Position numbers and translations under genes: made by a program. A stretch of 63,893 nucleotides of DNA, the filler included, from Folioceros fuciformis (lineage: Eukaryota): assembly GCA_049999805.1 (NCBI GenBank). It is 6 parts of 6 records of this genome, joined end to end, with 100 filler letters (N's around TTAATTAATTAA, not from the genome) between each part and the next. Parts side by side here need not be neighbours in the genome. Positions count along the whole stretch, not along the records: positions 44,854 to 59,507 come from JBNGIO010003194.1; positions 59,608 to 62,377 come from JBNGIO010003195.1; positions 62,478 to 63,893 come from JBNGIO010003206.1; 3 more parts are not named here. The stretch is one strand, 5' to 3'. The number at the start of each line of letters is the position of its first letter. The first letter of the stretch is position 1. Below the pieces are notes generated by a model. The model was not told the DNA's origin and made no database searches. It saw only the letters and a program-made list of their open reading frames with translations. Below are positions 53,494 through 63,893 of this stretch, in pieces.

Positions 53494-54983
53494 ATGGGAA
53501 AGGAATTGCAGGAGGAAGGCAAGCCAGAGGTAGCGGTGCTTGGTCGAGTGCGGGCAGTTACAGTGTGGGTATGGCGTGTGGCGAAGCGCATGATCCCCGT
53601 CTCCACGCTGCTCTTGCTGTCTCCCGTGCTAATGCCCTGCCTGTTCCTCCTCGTCGTTCTGCTCCTGGCCGGCGCCGTTCCTGTAGGGATCGTGGTTGTG
53701 CTTGCGAAATTCTGGCCCCGCGCGTCCCCGTTTAGGCGAGGCCTTGCTTTCCACCGGGAGACAAGGCCTCTTGCTCTTGCGTACTCGCCTCTTCCGGCGG
53801 CTCCCTACTCCGTGCCTTTGTCCGAAATATCCCCTTTCTCGTCGACGGAATCGGTTTTGGAATCTGCTTCCTCGTCTACGGATTCGGGTTTGGAGGTGGA
53901 AGGAACGGGGGGGGCAGCAGATGCCAAGCAGCTTCCGGGGCAAGCTTCTGCAGCAAGGATCATAGCAGGGAAGGTATCCGTACCAGGAGGAGGTGGCGGA
54001 GGAGGAAAAGAGACAAGGTCGACAGCTGCACATCAACTTGATACTGACCCCAAAGCAGACCAGCAGTTGCACCAGCGCCGGCGCCTAGCGGAGCATTTGC
54101 ATCGAAAGCCTGAGGACCAATGGGACTCTGCTCAAAGTGGTGACCGTCTTCTCTCCGGACCAAGGGATTCGCTGGATGTAGATAACAAGCCCATGACAAC
54201 GGGGAAGGACCATGGCCAGGTACTGTTCTACTTGACGTTGCGATTACCGGCGCTTGCTTTGGTTTCTCCAATTAGCCTCTGGAACCTCCACGTAACCACA
54301 ATCTCGTCTCAGCATGCCCAAGTACAGTACAGGGCAAAAGCTTGCACCAGCCGTGAGGATTCCAGGACTAGTACAGTCCAACAGGCTAGCGGGTGGGATG
54401 GGCGTGAGTCTTTTCAACACATGCACCTGTCACACGATGCATTACATGACTTTGGCTAACGTCTGCTAAAGTTTGCGCGCCTGCAGAGCTTTTGGCGCGA
54501 GAAGGAGATGCAAGCAAGGGAGGAAACGCTAGCTCCTCCCTCTCCCGGCGCTGGTAGCTTCCGACGCACTCCGTCAGCAGTGCAGGTTAACATACACTAG
54601 TACTGGGCCACGGCTATTATCCCCAGTGGCATGCATATGAGTGGATTGTATGTACTTACTCGCAATCGGTGGCCAAACCAAAGCTACGGGCCCCAAACCC
54701 CAAGCCTTCCCCCTGTACGACAAAGTGACCGTGCTCTTCGTCGTGCCGGCAGGTTGAGGGTATCAGTCTTGGCAAACGCATTCGCGGGGAGATTGTGGGA
54801 TTGAAGAAATTCCTAGGAGATGGAAGCTCAACGGACGGCTGTCTGCTGGAGGAGATAGGGAGACTGGGGGAGTTTTTGGGAATCGACCTGCCGGTGAACG
54901 CCGTGGCTCCCAGATCCGACCTGGACCGGGCTAAGGAGAGCATCGAGGTGCTCAAGTTGGTGGTCGGGGTAAAGTTCCAGTAG
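53494..54983 (+). CDS. Seed lipid droplet protein (SLDP)-like, multi-exon
   Basis: Long Pro-containing hydrophobic N-terminal stretch, disordered middle, and C-terminal EIVGLKKFLG...LLEEIGRLGEFLGIDLP...DLDRAKESIEVLKLVVGVK resembling the SLDP1/2 C-terminus as I recall it. An alternative in-frame ATG lies at 53467. Confidence 0.65.
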
Positions 54984-55342
54984 ATACGAAGATGGAGGCA
55001 AGGGCCCGCAAATCTGGGTGCAGGTTGTGCAAGTGATTGATGAGACATTCCGATTAGCGGCATGAGAGATTGTTGAGAGGGATATGAGGCTGTCCTCTTC
55101 GCACCTTGCTCTACTTAGACTCTGAGGCCGGTCCGAGAACCAATCCCTGGACCTTGCCTTGCCTGTCATTGGCCCTCACCCCGAACCTTAGGGGGCCTAC
55201 CGTTTTCTTTCTTGTGTAAGATACTCGATTTCTCATAGATAAATGTACCGAGATTTGGTGTCCACTTATGGAGCAGGAGGGGAATGTGTGTTCGTAGATG
55301 CGGCAGAGCAGCGCTAGCCAGCCTTTGTTTCGCTGACGAGCG

Positions 55343-56069
55343 ATGGCTCTGCTACAACTCCCTCCTGCTCCACATGCGCAGCGCAATGGGCTGCGGCAGC
55401 TCCCTCCGTTGCTCTGCCGCTCGCCTCTCGCGGGGCCATGGACGCGCCTCCTCGGTATCGGTGCCCACCGGAGGCTGGCACTCGCGCAGCGTAGGCCCGC
55501 CCAGAAGGTGCTTGCCGCAACTCCCTCATCCCAGCAGGGCGCCGTGGAGTCCGCGAAGGAGGCGCTCGCGGGAGGAGTGACTGCGGTGGACAAGGACACC
55601 TTCTGGCCGGTCGTCCATGGGGCGGGAGATAAGCTGGTGGTGCTGGATATGTACACCCAGTGGTATGCCTGGCCGCGATCCTTTCCCGCCTCTGGTGTGA
55701 GTGGTGGGTCTTTGAGGAATGATGGTGCAAATGCGTTGCACGCAGGTGCGGGCCGTGTAAGCTGATAGCCCCGAAGATCGAGGGCCTGGCCAAAGAGTAC
55801 ACGGATGTGCTCTTCCTCAAACTGGATTGCAATCAGGATAACAAGGTTAGCACAATTCGAATTGGGTGGCAGCCGGTGCTGGTGTATGTTGCTCTGCCCT
55901 CATGCCTGCTTCTTGTTGATGTTTGTGACAGGCATTGGCTAAGGAACTGGGGATTCGGGTGGTTCCTACATTCAAGCTTCTGAGGCGTGGAGAAATCGTG
56001 CAGGAGATTGCCGGGGCCAAGTACAAGGAATTGGTGTCCTTGATAGATGCTGAAAGGATCAAGTCATAA
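55343..56069 (+). CDS. TRXf: Chloroplast thioredoxin f, 3 exons
   Basis: Transit peptide; VDKDTFWP...LVVLDMYTQW/CGPCK...FLKLDCNQDNK/ALAKELGIRVVPTFK. Confidence 0.96.
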
Positions 56070-56302
56070 GTTGCTCCTGGGTAAGTGCGACATTTGTTCG
56101 CCGAGGTTACGAGCTAAGCTTGCGTGAAATTTTTTCAACAATTTGACGACACCACGGGAGAACTGTCCTGTGTCTGTACATAGACTACTGTAATAGTCCA
56201 AGACAAAAGACAACTTCGTTGTGAATACCCTGCCTTCAATACAAAGTTTCCTCTGATTGCCTCAACTCTCGGAATTTCAACGGAAAGTAATTCCAATCCA
56301 CA

Positions 56303-59300
56303 CTACGGAGTGGCCACAGCCACCCCTGAGGCGGCTTTCCCCCTTTGCGGCGGCTTCTCTCGCTCGCGCTTCTGCTTACTTCGCCAAAGCAGGCGGACAG
56401 GCGTGCCTGGGTAACCCACATTCTGCCGAATTTGCTTCTCCATGTATCGCCGATATATTTCAGGAAACAGCTTGGCGTCGTTCACGAAAAACACGAAAGT
56501 GGGAGGCCGAATCGCAGCCTGCAGACAGTAAAGACATCAGACAAGACTGGCGCTTCCGTTTTGTACACTCGAACTAGACCATGCAGCAAAACCGACCTGG
56601 GTACAAAAATAGATTTTCCCCTTCCTGCCCCCTCTGGTCGTGGGAGGCTGTCTCAGAGCGACCGCTTCGTGAATCACTTGATTCAAAATGGAAGTTGATA
56701 ATCTTCTGGAACGCTGTTTTTCAGCTTCTATTGCTGCCACCAGAATCCTGAGACAAGCCGGTTCATCAGTTCGAAGACGACAAGATAACGCGAACTACCT
56801 CTGTTACTGTACAACAACACCAAGTGTAACAGCAGGGGACGTGCCATACCGTTGTACCCTTTGACCGCTAGTTGCTGAAGAGTACACAATTGGAGCCCAG
56901 TCTAGCACACGAAGGCGCTCCTTCACATCTTGGTCATAGTATAGTGTTGTTTTACTGTTCTTGTCTGGGATCGTGTCCCATTTGTTTACCACTATCACAC
57001 AAGCCTTCCCTTCCTTCTCTATTCTTTCTCCAAGCCTGTAGTCCTGTGGCAAGGTTGGCAAGGAATCTTGAGCTCAATGTCAAGCCAAGTAACACAAATG
57101 CAAAGAGTGCACATGAAAAGGGGCAACTCACTTGCTCAGTAACACAGGCCATAGCATCAATCACAAGTGCAACAACATCTGACAGCCTGATTGCACGGAA
57201 AGCTCGATTCACAGACATTTTTTCTGTGGCGCTGCCAGCGGCAGCAACAGCCGATCTGCGCCTGATACCTGCTGTATCAATCAACCGGATGGCCTGCACA
57301 AGATGTAAATGGGTAAAGCTACAAGTAGAAGCACAACGGCAGCACATGCAGCCAGGCAACTCAAAGCAGAACCGAGAAATCATTGCATTGCAGTCACACG
57401 TAATTCCTTGGTTACCTGTCCATTTGGACCGATGAAATCGGTGTCAATCGAATCACGTGTTGTGCCACTTATTGGACTCACAATGGTCCTCTCCTCGCCT
57501 ACGAGAGCATTTAGAATGCTGCTTTTTCCAACATTTGGCTTTCCAACGATTGACAAAGCCAAGGGCCGGTCCACTGTATCACGTTGGTCGTCTGAGAGCT
57601 TCACCATTCAGAGAAAGAAAAGGAAACAGCAAGTCCGTTTTAAACATACGTCAAGGTGTTCCGTATTAAGGCAGTGTCCTCGGCAAGGCTGGCAAATCTT
57701 GCACCAAATCGCCCAAACACGACTACCAAAAGGCGGACAAGGATGAGTGGGTGACATACTTCAGGCTTCTTCAGGTTAGCACAGACAGCATCCAATAGGT
57801 CTCCGGTTCCAGTTCCAGATATAGCGGACACAGCTATGGGAGTGAAACTGCAGCCAATATTCAGAACATCAAGGGGTTGTGCTCGATGAAATTTTGCTGC
57901 AAGCATCCCAAAAACGGACTACGTACCACTAAAGACACAAACGTGAGATTACCAACCCACATAAACGTCACTCACCCAAGGCACCAAAATTCTAGTGCCT
58001 GAAGTTGGCCCTTTGTCGGTGATTCACATTTGTTAACCGCGAGTGTGATGGTCTTGTTCGAATGTTTTTTTCTTAGCCAATTTGCAATGTCAATATCGGC
58101 TCCGGTCACACCTGCCTGCAACTCTTCCCTCAGACCACAGCCAAGGAATATGACCTACGGATTTTAGAACATAACGTGTTGCAACCAAGAAGAAAGCTCA
58201 CCTGCCCATCCACCACAAAGATAACACTGCAGCAGTCTTCGACCGCAGCAGCAGCCTGCTTCTCGATCAGTGCGGGAAGGCCTGCAACAGCTGCTTCCCG
58301 CATGGCACGGTCCAAAGCCTCGGGGCCTCCACCACTGGTAACAGCAATCCCATCTACATCGAAGCCATCCATGTTGGAAATCGTCATGACACCACCTGTG
58401 TCAACCAGCATAAATTCCAGCTCCCCCCAGTATGCTCTGCTATACTTTCTATCTCTCGTAACACCAGGTTCATCATGAACGATGGCAATGTCTCCCTGGA
58501 AGATATAGCGATGGGTGAGCGAAGCTCCACGTAACAGAGCGGGAAAAGGCCTCCCACACAGAGCATCAACCCGTGAGCACAAACATGTGGTATCCCACAC
58601 TTACCCCAGCAATCCTATTGAAGAGGGCAGATTTGCCGACATTGGGCCGCCCCACAACGGCAACCTTTGGGAGGAGGTGATTGGGCACCTGTGAAGCACA
58701 ACAAAAATAAGAATCGGCTTTGCAGTAAGAATCAGCTTTGCAGAATGAGAGGCAGATACGGGCAAACGTTCGGCTCACCTGGTTTTCATCAGGAAAGGAG
58801 AATCGAGGAGCCCTTTTCCTTCTCTTGCGGCCACCGGTCTGTGGCTCGTCTTCTTCCTCTGCAGGAAACAAGACCAGACCAAATCCACAGTCCGTTGGCA
58901 GGTGCTCCACTGGGAGCCAACCTTTCGAACAAAAACTTAATCCACACGCGATTCACCAAAGAGAGAGCCCGGTACTGAAGAACCAGACGATCATGCTTGC
59001 CATTGAGCGAGTTCTGACCTAAGTAAATCTCCTCCCGCAGAGACTGATTGTACTCGGTGACAGCACGTTTTGCCTCCTCCTCGTAGTCCAGACTCCCAGG
59101 ATCCTCTTCGCCTTCGTCTTCGTCATCGTCTTCCTCCTCATCTACCACCGGGAAATCCTGTGTGCCCAGAGCCAGGACCTGTCCCCCTGAAGACCTCCCT
59201 CGAGCGCATCCCCTGAAACAATGGATGGCGGGAAGCTGCGACTGTGCGTGAGCCTGTGCCTTCCACCGCAAGGACACTTGGCGCGCATGTGCAGCAGAGG

Positions 59301-59394
59301 GGGTTTGTGCCAGTGCTAGCTGGGTAAACGGTGCAACCATGGAATTCAACAGGGAGGAGCATGAGGGTCGGCAGGCCGCACAAAGGTCTTCCAT
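56303..59394 (-). CDS. engA: Plastid double-GTPase EngA/Der, multi-exon
   Basis: Two G domains: [65 protein letters not shown]-like C-terminal [20 protein letters not shown]-terminal transit peptide. Confidence 0.96.
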
Positions 59395-59507
59395 GCTGTT
59401 TGCGGAGCCTCAGACTACGCGCCACACTTGGGAATGCATGTTGGAGGCGATGGATTGACGTAAGCACGTTTCGTGATCCATTATTATCCACTGCAAACCA
59501 CAGACCG

Positions 59508-59607
59508 NNNNNNNNNNNNNNNNNNNNNNNNNNNNNNNNNNNNNNNNNNNNTTAATTAATTAANNNNNNNNNNNNNNNNNNNNNNNNNNNNNNNNNNNNN
59601 NNNNNNN
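59508..59607. other. Artificial contig spacer
   Basis: N44-TTAATTAATTAA-N44. Confidence 0.98.
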
Positions 59608-60826
59608 GGTTTAGGGTATGACCCATCCATAGTACCCCATACACCACGTGCCAGCAGAGTGGCTTTCATTCTTACACGCCAGGTGGAATAACCGTCCCCC
59701 TTGAACCTATCCTTTTCACGTAATTCTGAGGTAAAAGTTGGGAAGGCAGTTGTAGCCATGAGGGTTGAGGGGTTTCGTGAGGGAAGGGAAATATCCCGGA
59801 GTTACACCCTGCTCACGCCAAACTCCCCTACTTTCCTTTCAGGCAATTAAGGCAGTTACGTCATAAGACTTATTAAACACACTAAAGATAAGAAACGTCG
59901 TAACGCACACCTCTTCATCCAAAGAAAATTGAGCCGGCTGATACTAACCGCTCATGTCCCTTGGATATGCAGACCTGAACCAATGAGGTAGCGCGCCAGG
60001 TTGTTCGGTGAAGAGGCGTGAAGGAGAAGACGTCGTTTCAAATCGAGAGTCGGCTTGCGCCGGATTGCTCCTGCGCCTCGGCCGCGCCACTCCGGTAGTG
60101 TAATCGCCTCAAGATTGCGGTGGGAGTGATGCCAATCTCTCGCGTTGGAGTTGCTCCGTATTGTCGAGATGATTGACAATTTGCGCTTGAAGCATGAGGA
60201 TGCGCGACAGGATTACCTCCACCCGATCCAGTGATGCTTGCAATTTTTTCGAGATGCACCTGAACTCCGATCTGCGAATTATCTTCGCTCCTTCCCGCTG
60301 ACCAGAAAATTTGGATGTTGAACCAGGTTGGTGCGGGACGGAAGTCGGTAAAACAGCGTCAATTGGTGATCGGTCGTAAGTTGATATCGGTCCCCCTCCA
60401 TAAGCGCATCCGCGGCGAAAACAGTTAGCTATCGTCGTCGTGATGGGAAAATGGTTGCGATATTGGGGCCGATGCCCAAATTGAGCACGGCTGTATGAGG
60501 TGAGCACCGCATCTAGCAACGGGGGAACTCCACATCTCAGCGCGTGTTTTTCTTGGTAGCCATACCGTAGAGACTCCGCTTGGTGAGCTCTCCTATGGTA
60601 GGCTCCCCGTCGCGGCATTGCTCATGTACAGGATCCAGAGCAAAGCTTTGATACCATCTCACAAAGTTGGCTTGTGCGGAAGCTAGTTGAGGAACTATTA
60701 TAATATATGAATTAATTAAATACAAACAATAGTTTGTTCAAATACAAATGGTGGTGACGTTTCGCTAGTAACTATTTAACCAAAAATGACTAAACCAGGT
60801 AGTTAATGTTTATCCTTATTTTAACA
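59608..60826 (-). mobile_element. Ty1/Copia element C, 5' part (LTR 60657-60826, PBS 60645-60656, extra ORF, gag start)
   Basis: On the minus strand: TGTTAAAATAAGG... LTR, PBS TGGTATCAAAGC, gag N-terminus LREKDRFKGDGYSTWRVRMKATLLARGVWG (ATG 59759). It is inserted into the C-rich repeat, which resumes at 60827. Confidence 0.85.
60109..60618 (-). CDS. Extra 169-aa ORF between PBS and gag of Copia C
   Basis: MPRRGAY...ISKKLQASLDRVEVILSRILMLQAQIVNHLDNTEQLQRE starts 26 bp after the PBS, in a different frame from gag. Confidence 0.55.
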   Translation of the reverse strand: MPRRGAYHRRAHQAESLRYGYQEKHALRCGVPPLLDAVLTSYSRAQFGHRPQYRNHFPITTTIANCFRRGCAYGGGPISTYDRSPIDAVLPTSVPHQPGSTSKFSGQREGAKIIRRSEFRCISKKLQASLDRVEVILSRILMLQAQIVNHLDNTEQLQRERLASLPPQS

Positions 60827-62310
60827 TGGTTGCCTGCAGCCCGATCTGCTGGGCGGGGTGCTGCCTGCCGGTCCCCATACTGACGATCGGGCTGCTTGCC
60901 AACCAACCAGCCCGCCGCCTTAGCCGCTTATCCACCGTTGCTTCCCTGGATTCGGTATACGTGCGACCCGGATTCTACCCGCCTCCTGGATCAAACAGCC
61001 TTGCCTGGCTGCCTGCTCCTCAACCAGCTGCTGCTGGGCCAACCACCTGCCAGGATTCCCCCTGGCCTGGACTTCCCCCAGCCAGCTGCCTACCGATTCC
61101 AGATCCAGCAGCTACTGATCCGCCTGCCGGCCTGAATTTCCTCTAGCCCCCTCTGCAAACGGCCCGGTGGCCGTGCCTACCTGCAGCCCAGTTGCTTTGG
61201 CCATGATCCAGCCAGCCGCCGATTGGCCATGGTGTAGCTAGTCGACCTGGCTGCTGGATCCATCATCCCCCCAGCCTTGCCTGCAGCCCGCTTGGATGGC
61301 CCCAAATCCCGCTGAGCCACCCGCAAGCCGCTAGGCGGGTACCTGCTCTGGCGACACCCCCTGCTCGTCGCCTTGACGGCCAAGGTCTCCTCCAGCCAGC
61401 TGGCCTGCACCATGCGGCTGCCCGGTCGAATCCACTTGCAGGATCGCCTGCCGGCCGCTTGCCAGCCAGCTTGCCGCCAACCAGCCAGGCCGATACCAGG
61501 TTGCCTGCTGGTTGCATGCCTGCAGTCACGACCAGTCCGGCCACCCGCAGCCGCATCCAGCCGGCCAGCCGCACTGGTCGCACAGCCGGGCCGCCGGTGG
61601 CCCAGCCACCCTCCAGACCGCATGCCAGGCCGGCTTGTCCTCCTGGATCTGGCCAGGCAACTAGCCAGCAGATCCGCCTGCAGGCTGCTACAACCGCCGC
61701 CTGGCTAGCTCCGGGCTGGCTAGATCCGGCTAGCAAGGAGGACGTGCCCGCCAGCCAGCCCCTACCTGGCTCTGTCCCGGCTAGTGGATCGCAGGACCGC
61801 TGCGACTCGGCCCCCTACTCAGCCGCCGTGGCCTGTCTGGGTTCAATTCTCTTGCACCAGCCTGGATGCGCGACCTCCTGCTTGCTTTGGTCCAGCCACC
61901 TGCCATAAGCCTGCTACCCCTCCGGATCCGGCCAAGCCGCAAGCGCCGCCGGAGGCCTGTCACGTGATCCACCCCAGAGGCCTGTCACGTGATCCACCCC
62001 GGAGGCCTGTCACCTGATCCACCCCGGAGGCCTGTCACGTGATCCACCTCGGAGGCCTGTCACGTGATCCACCCCGGAGGCCTGTCACCTGATCCCGCTG
62101 GCTAGCCGTCTCAGCCATTGCTGCCAGCCGCCAAGCGACAGCCTGGCTGCCTGGTGATCCGGCATCTGCCAAGCCACTGCAAGCCGGCCCACCTGCCTGC
62201 AGCCCACCTGGCCTCAGCGCCAACCGCCGACTACATAGCTCCAAGATCAATCAGCCACTGCCCGCTCCACTGCCGCTACCAAACCGCCTAGATCCTCCGA
62301 CGCCAGAGGC
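60827..62310 (+). mobile_element. Third copy of the C-rich dispersed repeat
   Basis: 60827-61150 is near-identical to 2127-2445; further blocks match ~3050-3090, 3470-3570 and 3730-3790. Confidence 0.75.
61949..62096. repeat. 25-bp minisatellite, ~6 copies (ccggaggcctgtcacgtgatccacc)
   Basis: Read directly; 4 copies contain TCACGTGA. Confidence 0.95.
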
Positions 62311-62377
62311 CGTGTAGAGGGAAAAACTATTCGCGAACCCCTTTTTGAGTGACAGATTTGGTGGATTTTGATTTTTT

Positions 62378-62477
62378 NNNNNNNNNNNNNNNNNNNNNNN
62401 NNNNNNNNNNNNNNNNNNNNNTTAATTAATTAANNNNNNNNNNNNNNNNNNNNNNNNNNNNNNNNNNNNNNNNNNNN
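62378..62477. other. Artificial contig spacer
   Basis: N44-TTAATTAATTAA-N44. Confidence 0.98.
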
Positions 62478-63587
62478 GCCGCGCATACTGGACGGCCTTA
62501 CCTCCCGGCAGAAGCAATGCCTGCGATTGCCGGGCCCTGGCCGATCGAGCCAACCAGAAGTCTGAGACGATTCCTGCGTTGAGTGTTAACCTCCAAACAT
62601 CACTGTACCCAACAAACTCCGGATCGTACACGACGACCTGTGTCTAGCTGTACTTCATCGCACACGTCCTCCCCCTTCACATCCTTCTGCCGCCTAGCCT
62701 CACGAGGTCTCCAGGAGCGCCCGCTTCCTACCCTCACGGATCCTGATCCCATGCAGGCGGGCTCGAACCCCGCCGATTCCAGTGTTGACGAAACAGGGGC
62801 ACCGGTCTTTAGTCGGGCTTCTCGTGAACGGTCCCCACCGGAGCACGTACCGCAACCTTCGCCTCCTTCGGCGTGAAGAAAGCTTATACTTCGTGAAGAA
62901 ACAACTGCCGCTGGGCAACCGGATCGCCCGGTTACCCGGCCGGTATGTCATCCCCTAAATGATCTGGATCCCACCAGTTGCACGTCTCGCACGAATAGCT
63001 GAGAGTTACTACAAGCCAGTGACAACCGCCTCCGCTTGATCGTCCATAACAGAACACACGCTGGATGCAATGACCGAAAAGCGCAGTCACTGGCAGTGCC
63101 AGATCTCGGGAAAGCGTTTTTTTCCTATGACAACTTGGCCTCCAAATCTTGAAGGAAAAGGGTTGTTGTTTAATAAAATAGTTCTAATATTTCAGCGTTT
63201 ACATATATTATATATATATTTATCAATAAGGTTCCGATCACCCTTCTGCTGTGCGATTGAGATGGTTCCTGGCGAGTTATGTCCTGGGCGGCAGCTTGCA
63301 AGTTGCCGCTTAGGACAGCCGTCCTGGTCGCTACCAAATGCAGGTACGAGGGCCAAGGGCAGAAAACAGTGAGGATGTTAACGCCATAATCCTTACTGCC
63401 CAGTAGACATCGGAAAGAGGGAGCCATCGTGCGGCACGCATCATCACGTCCCAGGAGGATCCATGCTGTTAGGTGGGACAGCGAGCAAATCCTCACGTTC
63501 CTTCACGAGACAGCGACGCCCAGCCGGCGAACCGATAGAGCTCTACCTTCAGCAGCGCCGTCTGCTCGGCACAGGCTACGCGTCACC

Positions 63588-63893
63588 ATGGGTGGAGGTG
63601 GCAGCGGGACTGCTGCTACCGCTACGCTGCTGCTGCTGCTGGCATCCTCCTGTGCCGTGTGCCAGGGTAATGCGTGATTACCGCTGCATGATCCCGCTTT
63701 GAAGGAGACAACCATGCGGTGCGAGGTGATGGAGGTGACGGATATGAAGACTTTGGTTTTGTTGGGTGTGCGCAGGGAAGTGTCGGGTGGCTGCTGTGTT
63801 TCAGGACGCGCCTGGCTTCGACTTGGACGGCATGCCGCTCCTGAACTTCTCGCTCCGGGACTGTGCCGCGAGTTGCAGGGACAACCGCGATTG
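63588..63893 (+). CDS. Secreted PAN/apple-domain protein, 3'-partial; exons 63588-63666, 63776->63893
   Basis: Signal peptide MGGGGSGTAATATLLLLLASSCAVCQG, a phase-1 GT-AG intron, then KCRVAAVFQDAPGFDLDGMPLLNFSLRDCAASCRDNRD(C), a PAN-like C-x3-C pattern. Confidence 0.65.

Noticed and set aside
61949-62096. 25-bp repeats of CRISPR-like length
   Set aside because: Head-to-tail units without spacers; a minisatellite.
62752-62782. B-box/T-arm-like GGTTCGAGCCC on the minus strand suggesting a tRNA or SINE
   Set aside because: I could not find an A-box, acceptor stem or cloverleaf; tRNAscan-SE would settle it.

Overview
Eukaryotic land-plant nuclear DNA made of six contigs joined by artificial 100-bp spacers (N44-TTAATTAATTAA-N44 at 14502, 40413, 44754, 59508 and 62378), so adjacency across spacers means nothing. 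Short introns, dense genes, an MFT-type PEBP gene and a flagellar kinesin-9 point to a non-seed plant with motile sperm (hornwort- or lycophyte-like; inference). Contig 1 (1-14501), contig 3 (40513-44753) and contig 5 (59608-62377) are transposon-derived. They hold a C-rich dispersed repeat, a Gypsy RT relic, three Met-tRNA-primed LTR elements (two clearly Copia) and a xylulokinase pseudogene. Contig 2 carries a WDR76-like WD40 gene, acetoacetyl-CoA thiolase, an organellar sHSP, kinesin-9, RPL27, mevalonate kinase, a MATE transporter and a secreted bacterial-looking beta-helix protein. Contig 4 carries MFT, ZYP1, an SLDP-like gene, thioredoxin f and plastid EngA/Der. Contig 6 ends in the start of a secreted PAN/apple-domain gene. 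The two most interesting signals are (i) three different LTR elements that each carry an extra 150-180 aa basic/coiled-coil ORF directly after the PBS and (ii) an intron-containing, cysteine-rich GH141-like beta-helix gene that may be of bacterial origin. All family calls come from motif recognition, without database searches.
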